Source: Lobosporangium transversale (Eukaryota). From it: a stretch of DNA of 64,000 nucleotides. Where the stretch lies: NCBI RefSeq assembly GCF_002105155.1, contig NW_019028981.1, forward strand, positions 992,001 to 1,056,000, in the 5' to 3' direction. Of the stretch, positions 26,099-40,591 are shown in pieces (position 1 is the first letter of the stretch; the number at the start of each line of letters is the position of its first letter). The position numbers and the translations under genes were made by a program. The notes below the pieces were generated by a model, which was not told the origin of the DNA, did not search any database, and saw only the letters and a list, made by a program, of their open reading frames with translations.

Positions 26099-28807
26099 GT
26101 TGTAGGTCCTGTCTGTTTGTTCTTTGTCAATAAATGGTTGTCCTGTCAGTTGGTTCTACGATATTGTGCTATTTAATAATGACCATTGAATATTTACTAG
26201 ATGAAGTAAAACGTGGACAAGGAATAAGAGTATCAATTGAGTCAACCCAGGAATCATGCATATCCAGCAGCTGACTCAACAGTGCTTGATCTTGATATTG
26301 GGTGTGCTTTGCGGTGTTACCAATATATTGAAAAAGCTTATTTTGAATGACACTTCTTACATCCCTAATTCTTTCCCCCAGATGAAGCTCATCACTCTCA
26401 TAGCATATAACTCTCTCACTATGCAGATTTGGATAACGTTCGGCATATTATATCGTGTATGAGTGTAACGTCGCTGCGGATTTAGAAAAAATATGGTTCA
26501 AATGGATTCCCTAAATCCTCAGTCCTATAACCAATATCTTACATTATCAGTCTTTCCCTCCTGTTCACCTCATTTCTCCTTTTCAAACCGAGGCATATGC
26601 ATAATATGATATGAGCCTTTGCATACACCACAGCAGTGCTTGGCATCGTTCTTCATCCCTTAGGATGCATCGCAAACTTGGAAGGCAGACGCTGCGTGAT
26701 GCACACCAGATATTGTGTGCTACCTTGCAGCTCCTTCAGATTTCTGGACGGCAGCTCATGAAAGCTTCAAGCTTTTAGGCCCTTGATCTGATTGCTGAAT
26801 GTAACATTGAGCACATCAAACATTGAGGCAGGTAATTGATGTGCATCTTGTAGCCGAGAACTTGGCGTATTCAGAATCATGACAAGGCTGTCTGAGTTAA
26901 GATGGCCTTATGGTGCAAATCATGCGAAGCGCACCACTCCTTCGAGCATCTGTGCTTCAAATATAATATTTGAGCTATAAGTGGCCACAACCGCATATTG
27001 AGTCCAGCCAAACGGCCGCCACACATTTGCTATCTTTGGATTTAATTCTTTCAGAACAAACATTGAAGTGAGGTCTGCTATCAGGTTGTCCAGTCGTCCT
27101 TGTTCAATTTGGCGCCTCATTCTACCCAAAGACTCATCTGCCCGCGACAGTTGAGATCACTCGCAGGCTCAGATGTAGGATGTACTAAGCTGAAGCAGCA
27201 CGCAAGCTGCTACAGCACCTACATATATCCTGACTAAAGATTTTTGATAAATGAAGCCATCATACAGTTTCGCTGAACCTAACGTCTTGATGGTAAGCGT
27301 TGTTTCAAGTATTACTTGATGAGTCGACCTAGCTTCATACCTTGGTACCTTCGCTGTGTCTCTTAATATTGTCAGAATGGCCTGAGTTGTTCAGTTATAT
27401 GGCATCCTTGTACAAAGCAGCCACGGCGTACAATGTAACGCTCCAGATCTGACAATATCCCCATTTTTTGATATCTTCAATATTATTCATGTGCCCTAGG
27501 TGTAACAACAGACGACTGTCTATAGCCTGTTAATAGTACCCGTTACTGTATATAATTTCCATCCCAAGCACATCACTGAGATCTCACATGTATAAGCCTT
27601 ATCTACCTTATCCCTCCAGGGGCTGCTGACGATTAATAGTTGATGGTGGAAGCCTTGAGTTGAAATATCATCCTTTTTCTATTTTATTTTTCTGCTTATT
27701 GAACGTCAGTATGACTTTAAAGTAATTGTATCCTTTCTACCTTCAAAGAGGCACAATGAAGAAGAGAAAGAAAATGATATTCGGTGTGGCACATTTACAC
27801 AACGGATTTCTGTCCATGTTGCAACTCTTCACAATGTCTTATTAGCATCATTTGTTACTAGACCTTGTGGAAGCTGCTGTTGAAACGCTTAAGTTGATTA
27901 CTCGCTTCTTGCTTAATCGGTCTTATTCAGTCCAACCAATTAAATGAGACGTAGCGAGAAGTTTCCTTCCTCCACAAAAAAACCAAATGTTTGTGGTATT
28001 TCTAGTCAATCTTATCCGCATGATTGAAATAAATGCGTGGAGTATGCATATTCAATATCGAGGTTTTTTTTTGTAAGGACATCCATGGTTCCGAAGGACA
28101 AAAATGCACTGTATTTGTATTGTTTGTCCAACCTTCTTCTTACTACATGTACCTTTGTATGATGCAATAAACAGGTTTGTCGTGCAGAGTCATGCCTAAG
28201 AACTGGTATTTTGTGTCCTTTGTTTATCTCAGCTTTTTTGGCTTTGCTCTGTTCAATTTTCTTATTCCCATTAAACTTTTAATCGCGTTAGAGGAATGGT
28301 TGTTCTACAAGCACAATATATATGATGTATATACATAACAATGTAGACAAAAGGCTGAATGTCTGAGGTCTCATTTCAGAAATCATTTCTTTCATACATT
28401 CGTGCATTCCAAGGCGCAGAAGCGCAGTTGTTTCTGCCTGCTCCTGTCAATGCACCGTATATCCGTCAAAGTGTTGACGAACAAGTTTGGCATCATATCT
28501 CCATTTTTTTGTCTTACATGTCTTCATTTAGTAGACAGAAAGGATAGCAACCGACAGAAGGGTAAGAAACTTGTTCAGCAACTGTTGCACATAATGTGGT
28601 AATGTATTTATACTCATTATGTCCCATCACTCTACGTTTCTTTCGCTCTTACTTACTTTTTTTCTTTTTTTTCTTAGTTTCTCAGTTTTTTTTTTCAACT
28701 CATCTCTTTTTACGACACATTTGCAAAGAAACTGGGTAAACCACAGCTTTCAATCCAGTCAAGCAGCCTTTCTTTTGCCTTATACCCTTCATTTTCCCAT
28801 ACAACTG

Positions 28808-29092
28808 ATGCCCCCGTCTTTACCACCCGAGTCTTCACAATTAGAGACATCAATGCACAATACACAGGATGTAGATGCTTCGTCCCTGCACAATTCTAAT
28901 GACAAGAAAAATAACATAGTCTCAGCTATCGAAGGACCTCAAAGTGTACCACAGAAAGAAGAACTGGAAACTATTCAATGTGATATCGAACAGCAAGCAG
29001 ATGGTGCTGATGTCATCAAGAAGGGATCTCAGGCAGCCATTTCCCGTAATGCCGCGGTCCTCTTGTTTATCGGGTAAGCCTATACATGCTCC

Positions 29093-29123
<31 letters not shown>

Positions 29124-29363
29124 GACGCTTCCACTCAAAACTACGCCTGGACTTTCCTTATGGCCTCTTAGATTGGCCATGGCCTCGTTCCTGGCAAGCC
29201 TTGATGGAACAATTATTGCTACGGCTCTACCCAGGATTACCTCTGACTTCAGAGCTCAATCGGAAATGGCATGGGTTGCTACCGCATACTTGCTCACATT
29301 CAGTAAGTTTAAGTTAACTTCTTGCAAACCACAAATATGCCTATATGAATTTAACGTCTCCTT

Positions 29364-29395
<32 letters not shown>

Positions 29396-30885
29396 TTTCT
29401 CAAACAGACGCGTTTCAGCCTTTATATGGTATGCCAAATCTGTAGGATACCTTTTGTTTTTTGCCTTGGTATGAAGATACACCTCTTTGCAATATTAATA
29501 ACAGACTGCCCACATATTACCTGTATCTCCCTGCTCAACACGCAAAACGTAAAGGCAAGTTCAGTGATATCTTTGGTCGCAAGGCGAGCATACTTTTTGC
29601 AACAGTAACCTTCATGATTGGCTCTGGTGGTGCGGGTGGCGCCAACAGTATGACTATGCTCATTGTTTTCCGTGCCATTCAAGGACTGGGTGGATCAGGA
29701 CTCCTTTCCATTGTTCTGATCATTATTTCGGACATCTTTCCGCTAGAGGAGCGACCCAAGTATCAGTCCATCATCTGGTCTGTTTTTGGTATCTCCTCTG
29801 TCATTGGTCCATTATTGGGCGGTGTATTTGTCCAACAGACTACATGGCGCTGGTGCTTCTTGATCAATCTGCCTCTCGGAGTGGTAACCGTCGCCGCAGT
29901 GGTACTATTTTTGAAGTTGCCGTTCAAAGCGCAGCGGCTAAGAGAGCAACTGGCCCGTATTGATTACCTTGGTACTCTTTTAATCATTGTTGCGGTCATC
30001 TGTTTACTCCTGCCTATCACTTGGGGAGGCACGACTTACGACTGGGACTCGGCTGTGATTATTGTGTTATTCTGCGTGGCCGTAATCTTGATCGCTATCC
30101 TGTTGTGGATTGAGAGTCGTGCCACGGAAGCTATTATCCCTCCTAGATTGTTCCGTAATAAGACAGTGTCTGTGTTGTTTGCAGTCAATTTCTTAACAGG
30201 CATGAGCTTCTTGGGTATAATCTTTTATGCGCCACTTTACTTTCAGGTTGTGAAAGGAGTGAGCGCTACAAGGTCGGGGCTCCATCTGCTACCCATGGTT
30301 CTTGGCCTGGTGGTAGCATCGATTGGTTCGGGTGCGATGTTAAACAAAGTGGGAGACTACCGTGTTTTTATCTGGATCGGGACCATCTTGATGTCAATCG
30401 GTATCGGACTCTGTATGCTGTTAGACGCTGACTCCAACATGGGAGAACAGATTGGATTTCTCTTGGTCGCTGGATGTGGTATCGGCTTGATCCTACAGAC
30501 ATGTATGTTGGCGGCTCAAGCAGCGGTTGAAAAAAGGGACATGGCAGTGGTGACCGCAATGTGCGGGTTCTTCAACAGTATTGGAGGAGGGATTGGTATT
30601 GCAATATGTTCAGCATTGTTCAACAACCATCTGAAAGATAGCTTCAAGAAATATCCTGTGGAAATACTACAAGTGATTAATGAGTATCATATTACAGAGG
30701 CAATCACAGCAGTTCAGCTTTTACCACCGGAAGTGAAGGGTTTAGTGATGAAGGCATGCGTGGAATCATTCCAATTTATTTATAAATGTTTGACGCCAAT
30801 TGCCTGTGCTGCCTTCATAATGTCATTATTTGTACGCAAGTTGAGGATGCTGGACCCCTCTGAGATCATCATGGGGGCTGCATAG
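28808..30885 (+). CDS. MFS drug:H+ antiporter, DHA2 (14-TMS) family; includes a 21-nt exon at 29408-29428
   Basis: FLASLDGTIIATALPRI, WVATAYLLT, FQPLYGKFSDIFGRK, FRAIQGLGGSG, GPLLGG, WRWCFLINLPLG, RIDYLG. Confidence 0.92.
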
Positions 30886-31253
30886 ATCGTTAATAAACGT
30901 TTTTACTAAATTTTATTTTTTAAACACATCTGTTTCACGGTGCAAAAAAAAAAAAAAATAAGAGACGCGTTTGTTTAGTTAAACGTCGTTCATGTGATTT
31001 TTTTTTGGTCTCATCTATTTCTTTTTTTTTTTTTTTTATTTTTATTTTTTTATTTTTATTTTTTTATTTTTTTTTTTTCCTTTCCCTTTTGCATTTCCAA
31101 ACATCTTTGCGTTCACATAAGCAACCGCTTTGCTCTCTTTAGTACATCCCTTCCTTTTTGCTCCATCTGATTAGCTCTCATTTTCTTCGCTAATATCTTC
31201 CCAAAGAAACTCACACAGCAAATAAGCTCTTATTACAACACTCAAGGATTAAA

Positions 31254-31465
31254 ATGTCCTTATTCAACAAGCTTTTGGATAAAACAATCCACAAGTATGG
31301 ACACAACCATGGCCATGGCCATGGTCATGGTCATGGCAATACCATGGATAGGGATCATGGAGGTAATACTCAGATAAAAAAATATAAATATATATAAGCG
31401 AGGTAACATGGTTAACGGGAGAGAGAGTATCGAGGTGATGTAATCTTGCTTCCATTTCCATTGGT

Positions 31466-31497
<32 letters not shown>

Positions 31498-34400
31498 CAG
31501 ATTCATCTTAAGAGCTTAATCTAGGGGATCAACGCGGTGGACACCATTTGTTTATCATATACTCTTGTTCGATCTACAATCTCCTCTTTGTTTGTTGAGC
31601 AGGACTTTATCTTATTTATTTATTTTTTTAAGCAATGATGTCAATATGTTGATGGATGATGACCGTGCATAAAAAGGGAAATATTAATCAATTATCATTG
31701 CAGCCAATCAAAACCGAGACTTTTGATAAATGAAAGAAACGGAATGAATTGTGTGGATCAAGGATGCGTGTGTGTGAATGGCCAAATGCGTGATCAATTG
31801 GATATCAATTGTATGCATGAGGATAAATGCATGGATCAACAACCTTTTTTTATTTTTTTTTATTTTCCGTAAGCCAAAGATGGTCGATGCGTTGAAATGA
31901 AATTAGCATTGGCATAAAAAAAAAAAATCGGACATGAAATATGAGACCCCAGAATAAAATTAGGTGTACAGGAAAAACAGCCCCGACCAGACCCGACTAG
32001 ACCAGGCGGATGGCTTTCTTTTGATATTCATAAATGACTCTTTTTGCTATATTAAAAAAAAGAGAGAGAGATTCATGATCGTAATCAATCCATACGTTTG
32101 AATATTAGAGCGAATCGCTCTCTAGTTTTTCTTATTATCGCTTTGAATGCCCAAGTTCTTATCAGTCCGGCTATTGTCTCTGCTCTGACAAGTCAAAATT
32201 AAAGTGATATTAAGCATAACCGTTTATCAATAACAACAATAACACGATGATACTTATATAGCATCTGTCGATACAAATGATTTTGGACATGACGAGCAGC
32301 CTCAATATGAGGCACGATCGACGTCGTCCTCAACCCACATGAATACCGTTCCTGCTGCCACCACCTTGAAAGGGCCGGTTAATTATGCCAATGGCACAAC
32401 CACGATCAACCACAGCAGCAACATTGGCATCGGTAATGATGCCTATACAGGCAAGCCTGGACAAGGATACAATAGCAATGGCCACGGAGACACAGGCTCT
32501 GGGTATATACAAAGCTGTCGAAGTAAGTGGAAACAATATATGAATTAAAAGTACTCTCTAGAGTAGTTTGGCTTTACTTTTCTTTTATTCTTTGTTGTGT
32601 TATCAAGAGCAGTTGTGAGGAGAGAGAGGAGAGTATGCTCATATGTTTATGCGTCATTGACATACCAAAGATCTTCTTACCCCTGCGTTGTTGCTGGAAA
32701 CATGTTATACTTTTTTTATGCTCTTTATGACAGGGTTTGCTTTTTCATTTGCCAAGTGTTCTCGGCAATTCGCTGGAGCTGAAAAAAGAAAAAAAAGAAG
32801 TCAATCGCTCTGTTTTATTTCAAGAAACGCATCATTTTTGTTGCATGATTTTATTTTTTGTCCCATCTATTCTTTTTTTTTTTTTTTTTCTTTCTTCCTC
32901 CTCTTGTCTTGCACATTAAGGTATATTACACGAGTATATGACACTCCTATTATCCATTTGTACATACACACTGCTATTATTACTTGCTCCATCAAGGCCT
33001 TTAACGTTATGAATTTACTGGAAGATTTTCTTTACTTCAGCAGAAGTAATACACTGGAGAATTGGAAATTGCAAAAAGGACTATCAATATTTTCCCTGCG
33101 AGAATGCAGAAGCAAGAAACCCATGCTTTATCCACTAAAATTATAGTTATATTCTCTCAGCCCTATCCATCTCGTAGTGTGGGAGTTTTTTTTTTTTTTT
33201 TTTTTTTTTTTTACATGAGCACAACAGGTCTATCGGAAAAAGAAGGGTTTTCTCATGAGTAAAATGAATATTGAGTACATCCAAACATACACAAACACTT
33301 ATGCATTCACCACATATCATTATAATCCCTTCTTTCTGCAAAGATATTTATTATGGCCTTGATTCGCTGTGGTTATTCCCAAGCCCTTGTGCTACTTTTT
33401 TCTTTCAGACGCCTTTTTTCACAAAAAAACAATGCAATGTCACGCATTGTACACATTAAGAAGGTTATGACCAATGCGCACTACACCCCCTTTTTTTAGT
33501 AACCCTATGGGTGCTACTATGAGAATTCTCGAACCTGTGAATTAAAGGGTGGTGGACATTTTATGAATGAAGGGAAGAGGTGTCTTCAAAAGTGCATTAA
33601 TAGCATGTCATTGTTTGCTCAGACTAAGCTGCATAGTTCTGATAGCAGAGAAGGTGCAAAGCTGATCATTAATGGAGGAGAGTGGATGCGCCCGATACAA
33701 ATATTTGTTTTCTTGACGAACTACAGTTTATTTGAAGAGTACGAGAATTCTTGTACAAGAGACTAAACGGAGAGTGTGGGGGTTCTTTACACAAGAATTT
33801 TTTTTTTTTCTTTATTACTCTCCTTTATTCACACCCTTTACCATTTTTCTTCTACTTTGTCTCTCTGTATCGCTTCTCGGTATCACTCCTTCGCTTAGCC
33901 TCGAACACGTTTCCGGTAACTGACTACAGCACCCACTTCAACGGCTACGGATACAACCACGGCGATTCTTTTGTCCAGCCTACAGTAGAGCCCACTTTAG
34001 AACAAGTCAGCCTCAAAGAGAACAGTGTGCCATCTCTTTCAAGTACATTTGGAAACAAAACTACATCCTCATTTCAACCATCGTTGACAGTACAGCAACA
34101 AGTGCCCGCTACGACTGTTCAAAGTCCTGAGGGGAATAACATATCTCTCGACCAATTGCAGCTTCACTCGCCAAAGTCATCCTCACCGTCGCCATCGCAG
34201 CCTCAGTTCCAGACACTCTTACCACACTCCCAGTCTCCGCAGACAGAGCAGCAGCAACAGCTTCAGCAAAGTGGTGGTATTCCCTCAGCTAGCATGCAAT
34301 CGGTTGAAATGGTCTCTGTAGATACCAATTTGCCTGAAAATCAACAGCTGGAGCAACAACAGCAAGAGCAAGAGCAACGCCAGCAGAAGCAACAGCAGCA

Positions 34401-36363
34401 GCAGCAACAACAGCAACAACAGCAGCAGCAGCAGCAGCAGCAAGCACAGCTTCTGATTCAGCAGGCGCAGGCACAGGTACAAGCGCAACAAGTTCCACAG
34501 ATTCAACAGCAACAGCAGCAACAGAGACAAACACAGCCTCAGCAACAAGCAACGCGTCGCAAGTTCAATTTAGATGACTTCAGGATTCATCGGACATTGG
34601 GCACGGGATCGTTTGGCCGTGTTCATCTAGTCCAATCGCGATACAACTCTCGTTTTTATGCAATGAAAGTCCTTAAAAAGACCGAGGTTGTACGTTTGAA
34701 GCAAGTGGAGCACACCAACAACGAAAAGATGATCCTGGAACGGGTAGAGCATCCATTCCTGATTAATTTATGGGGGACGTTTCAAGACACCCGGAATCTG
34801 TATATGGTGATGGACTACGTTGTTGGAGGCGAGTTGTTCTCGGTACTTAGGAAATCACAGGTAAAGTTTTTTTTGTTTGTGTTGAAGTTTGCTCTTTAAA
34901 GCTTCAGAGCCATCAAGTGATTTCCGTATTACCTCAGCAATATGATGCACAACACCATCTCCAGGACTTTCTTCCTTTGCTCTCTAACCTCATTGCTCAG
35001 AATGATACCTTGGATCAATGTCTTTGGTTGCGAATGTTTATATCATTCTTGTGCGCGAATAAGCAGGATCTTTTAGAGTTACATTGAAAGGATATGGAAC
35101 CTGTTTTATTTGTTTTTATTTTTCGCATGAATACTTTAATCTTCTTTCGGGTTTTTTTTAGTCTGGTCTAGGCTGGACTCTTTTTTGCCTATTTGTTGAA
35201 CTTGAGAATGTGAGAGTAAAATTGAAAGAGTGACATTTGTGTCGCTGCTGAAAGTCTGTTGCACAGATCTTTCTTTCAATGGGATCGTGAGTGCAGGACA
35301 AGACAGCGGGAGAGAAAAGGAGTTATGCATGACCAGCCACCATTGGATTTGCATGGATTCGGTTAGTTTAGGTTTGATCTGATGCATGAGTGCGTGGGAG
35401 AGGAGAAAAAAAAAAGGCGCGGCAAGAGGAGAGGGCAAAGGGGGCGGCATCACATTGAAATACAATGCAAGAAACGCCAGACAAGGCGGATTTCTTTTTT
35501 GTTTGTGTGACATTCACAAATCCTGCTGATTCCGCGTATTATTCTCCCTGCTTCATTGAACCAATGAACCCTCAAAAATTGTACATCGTACATACATATT
35601 TAAATGAAACATCTGGATGACTTGATTTATTTACCATACTCGTCTTTTTTTTTTTTATTTTTATTTTTATTTTTTTTTATTTTGCTTATGATGAGCGTAG
35701 CGTTTCCCTGAACATGTTGCTCGATTCTACACGTGTGAAGTTCTTCTTGCACTGGAGTACCTTCATTCTCACGCAGTCATCTACCGTGATCTTAAGCCTG
35801 AGAACTTGCTTTTGGATTCGATGGGCCATATCAAGATTACAGATTTTGGATTTGCAAAACATGTTCCTCAAAACATGACATGGACCTTGTGTGGCACACC
35901 CGACTACTTGGCGCCCGAGATTATTCAATCCAAAGGATATGGGAAAGCTGTGGATTGGTGGTCTATGGGCGTGCTGATGTTTGAAATGTGTGCAGGATAT
36001 CCACCCTTCTTTGATGAGGACCATATCAAGCTCTATGGCAAGATCATGGCAGGCAAGGTCAAGTACCCGTCACACTTCTCATCAGCATTAAAGGATCTAT
36101 TGAAACGGCTGCTGACAGCTGATCTAACGAAACGCTACGGAAACTTGAGAGGTGGAGCAACCGATATCAAGAACCATCCGTGGTTTGAGGGTATCAACTG
36201 GGACTTAGTATACTCTCGGCAGATTGAGGCTCCTTATCGTCCAACCATCTTGGGCGAAGGTGATGCCAGCAATTTTGATGACTATCCAGAGGATGCAGAG
36301 CCTTATGGTGTCTATCCTCCTGGAGAGGTTGATGACCTGGGATCTTATTTCCCGGGGTTTTGA
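31254..36363 (+). CDS. cAMP-dependent protein kinase catalytic subunit (PKA-C); exons 31254-31362, 32262-32522, 33899-34860, 35701-36363
   Basis: [59 protein letters not shown]-terminal FPGF. The two upstream exons join through phase-1 GT-AG introns, but the 5' model is less certain than the kinase domain. Confidence 0.93.
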
Positions 36364-37432
36364 AAGAAAGAAAAAAGAGTACTTTCTATTTTATTTTTAC
36401 AATCCATTCTCCTTGTATTTATGTCTTTTCCCTTCCTGTTGTTCTATGCTTATTTGTTTGTTTTCAGTTGTGGTTGTGACATCCTTGCAACTTGTATCCT
36501 AATACATGAAAATTTAAAAAAAAATGATGGGTGAGTTTTACTTGTCTAAATTATACATACCAATTAAGTAAAAAAAAAAGATCGCATTTACTCTGCTACA
36601 CTGTCTAATTGAAAGAATCAACGTAATTAAGGTATTTTGTTCTCTCTCACCTGTGTCTCACAACCTTTGAACTTGTTTAAAGCTTGAACTTGGTAGATAC
36701 CATGTTGTCCAGTGCAGAAGTATCACTACCACCACAAGAACAAGCTTGGCTCTAGCGTGATACTCACGGTATCAATAGCTGGTGTCTTGATGTCGTATCT
36801 ATTGAGTAAATAGAAGAGAGTGCTAGGCTTGGTTTAAAGTATAAAAAAAAGAATCGTCTTTAGATTCCTGAATCTCTGGAGGCACCCTTTTTTGTGTGTT
36901 AGATGAACCAGCTCGATTGTAAAAGCAACAAACTTCCTGATCCTTTTAACCATTGTATATGCTTCAGGATGGCTTTGATACCATATGATCGCATGTCATT
37001 GCACATGTCCAACCTCGTTTTGAGATACCAAAGATGTGTGTAGGAGTCATAGTGCGCTTCTATCGCAATCCAGGTCAAGCAATAGGATTGAGTGGGATAA
37101 GAGTAGATCCAAGCTAGGCCAGCCCCTCTATCCTGCTGGCACTGCGATTGGGACATATAAACAGCATCAATCGCACACACGTCATTCAGAAGTGTAATTC
37201 ATATCAAAATTATTATTATAATTTAAAAATACAATATGGATGACGAATACTTCTAGATGATAAGGAACCTTAGTACTATAATACAATAAGCTACATGTGT
37301 TGCATGAGGATGTCCTGCATTCTTTTTCTCATTTTCGCAGGCACAGGAGGCTGCTTTAGGTCACAAATATCTGCAGCTTGTTTTCTTTCCGAACGCTCTA
37401 CTCTTTGATCTTCCTGAAAACGCGCTGTTTCT

Positions 37433-37468
<36 letters not shown>

Positions 37469-37635
37469 GGCATTTTTGTCCAATGGAAGACGTCGATAAC
37501 TCCTGCGACAATAAGGACTCCATCATAAATGTAATCCATTTGTTTCTTTCTACTCCTAATCCTCCGTATTTAACTTTTGCTTGAATGATTAAGGTGGAAA
37601 AAAAGATCCCAATGTGTCATTCAACATCTCAAAAC

Positions 37636-40001
37636 TCAAACAATTATATCCATGTCCATGTCCATCTCTGCCTGGATCGCTGCATTATCCTGTTGTAACT
37701 GCTGCTCCGAGTCAAGTGATTGTTGCTGTGGTTGATGACTGACGCCGCCGTTGGCCCAATGTGAACTGGCTGGGACATATAGTTTTTCAACTTCACCATC
37801 TGCAACGATACCACTTGCAAATCGTTCACTGGTGTTATTTGTAGATTTGTTTAACACCAAGGTCCTATTGGGTGCTCCACTTCCACCAGCAAGATGACGG
37901 AATGGACATCCAGGGCGTGTACATGGATTGAATTTGCACTATTTATATAAGCCAGACAAAGACAAAGACAAAGAAATAATGAATTAAGGAAGTTCAGATA
38001 TCGCAATATGGACTATGAGAATATCGGGGACTAAACTAACAAAAATAGATAGATAAAAAAAAGTATGATTACCATGGGCATATTGGATTTTGCTGCTACA
38101 GTGCCGGTGCCATCACGTGGATGTGTAAAATGGCAACCAGGACGGGTACATTGGTCTCCAAATCGACAAGCTGTAGGGATTCGATTCACTCCTTCGCCAT
38201 TGGTGGAGCCTGACTCGTCCATGCTTACATCCTTTGCTGCTAGTGGCTCACTAAAAAAGAAAAGAAAATATAATATAACAAGATAAATTAAAATAAAAAA
38301 ATAAAAATAAGTCAATGACAAAAATGTCAAGCATATGATGGAAAACCTTTCAACAGCTTGCCCTCTAAAAAAAAAAAAAAAAAAAAAAGCCTTACCCATA
38401 AGGAGGATGGAAGAATGGGCAGTTGGGTTTAGTACAGTTCGGAAAGAAACGGCACAGAGGTTGGCTTGGATCGCCTCCCTGAGGATGGCGGAACTTGCAA
38501 TCTGATCGAGTGCATCGTGCTCCAAACTTGCATTCCTGAAGTGTCGTTGATCCCAATGCGAATGGCATTTGCAGTGCGTTCGTAATTAATGCTGAGCTGT
38601 CGTCTCCTCCCGCACCATTCATCAGGTTGTTATTACTGTTGCCGATCTCACTTTTAGGGCTACGTGCCTTCATAGATTGCACCAGAGCCTGACGAGCAGC
38701 AGCAGCAACCTGCTCCGCTGTTGGCTCTGCAAGTGGATGAATGTAGAGGCATGTGTCCGCTGTCTTAGGACAATTGGGAAATTCTGCACAGAGCTCGCGT
38801 GGATGCCAATAATGACATGCATCTCCCTGAGAACAGCTAGGCCAGAACCGACATCGAGTCTTGTTCGCTATAGCAGCATCCACGGCCCGGCGTGTAATTT
38901 CTGCCTCGACGCGAAGCATCTTCTCTGGGTCTCTAGACCATGAGGCAGGTTGGCTAGGAATATCGCTATTATTATTATAGCCATCGGTATCACTGTCATC
39001 ATGTAGAGGGCGAGTGCGTGTGCCAAGTCGACGTTCAATATCCCTTAATGCATCCCGATCAGTGCGCTTGCTGTTGCTGTTGTTTTTGTTCTGACGATCT
39101 CTCCTGTCATGATAGTCATTGTTGGTGTCCCATGAGCGCTCTCGAGAACGAACACGTCTAGTATCATCATTATCAGTATGGTTATCTCTCCATCCAAGAC
39201 GACTGTCGATATTTCCCAAACGTCCTTTTAAACGATCTCCTGATCCTCCGCCTCCCCCTCCTCTCCCTCCCTTGATACCCAAACGAGCATTGATTCTAGC
39301 TTCATCCTGAGCACGTTCAGCACTGGTCCTTCGGAAACGGATTCTCTCCTCCTTTCCACGACCTGTTGTGAGCCCCTCTCTAGATCGTACGGGACTGGAA
39401 CTCATTCCACGCGATGTTGCGGGTCGTCGAGGAGACTCGTGTCTCCTTTCCCTCCCTCTGCTGTCGTCTTCATAGATTCTGGATGGAGCCTCTCGGTGTC
39501 GAAGAGATGATGTTGAAATAGGTGGTGATGACTCAGATCTGGTAGCACTACTGATTGCACTCTGTAAGAGTCTGCCTGGCGCGCGTCTCTCAGAATTGTG
39601 ATGGTGATGACGTTGCTGACGAGAACTTAATGATCCTAAATCTGGAGATGTTGCAGCTACAGGAGACTCTTTTCTTACTAGTTCCATTGACTCTGGTATA
39701 TCATTTGAAATTTGGTCTTGAGAGATGGCCTGCTGAGGAGCTGCAGGATGCGATGAAGTTTCTATAAAAAAAAAAAAAAAAAAAAAAAAAAAGAGAGAGA
39801 GAGAGAGAGAGATTAAGTATCAGTCTTCAATTGCTTAAGAGAAGAAAGCAAAAGATCCAGAGGGATTAGAGGGACTAGAGCGTTTCAATATACCTTGTGC
39901 CCCTTGATCCACAATATTGTCGATAGCTCCAAACAACCATTCAGCAAATAAGGGTGCTATTTTAATTCAAAGAGAAGAGATAATGTAAAAAGTCAGGGAT
40001 G

Positions 40002-40040
<39 letters not shown>

Positions 40041-40591
40041 ATTCGAATTAATGATAATAACTGATACTAATGAACCTATAATACTAACCTTCTCCAGGCA
40101 AAACTAATGGGTACAAGAAGAAAAGGCCAAAAAAGAAAATAACAGTTCAATCGATGTGCTCCATTAAGCGTTTGAGCATACCTTTTTTTACCAACACTCA
40201 AGCAAGTCAAGGTATGAAGGAATAAGAAACGTACTGTCATTTAGCTCCGTGATTATATCATCTCTAGACTTATCATTAGCGATCATGACCACGATGAAAT
40301 TGGCGAGAACATCATCTGTTAAAAGAGAAAAAAACTGTTAGTTGTAAACACTAAGTTTCTGTATATCATGATAAAACAGCAAAAAACATACTATCTGCCC
40401 ATCCATAGTCGTTCAGCTTTGCCAGCACGAGAGCCTAGAGTGTAAAGAAATATTGGCAACATTCTGGTTAGTTGGAGTGCACTTTTTCTTTTCTTTTTTT
40501 TCCTTTAAAAAGAAAATAGAAGAGTAAAAAAAGCGCAAGAAATTACAGTCAGCTCTTTTTCCTGAGGTGTTCCAAGCTGAATTCGTGTCAT
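37636..40591 (-). CDS. NAB2: Nuclear poly(A) RNA-binding protein Nab2/ZC3H14-like (PWI-like N-terminus, six CCCH fingers); multi-exon
   Basis: N-terminus MTRIQLGTPQEKELTALVLAKLNDYGWADNDVLANFIVVMIANDKSRDDIITELNDILPGEAPLFAEWLF; fingers such as RCRFWPSCSQGDACHYWHP, CKFGARCTRSDCKFRHP, CRFFPNCTKPNCPFFHP. Confidence 0.85.

Noticed and set aside
34285..34552. Poly-Leu and poly-Ala minus-strand ORFs
   Set aside because: Antisense of the PKA polyQ region.
36899..37584. Short ORFs between the convergent PKA and NAB2 3' ends
   Set aside because: No recognisable domain or consistent exon chain, and interrupted by a poly(T) tract.
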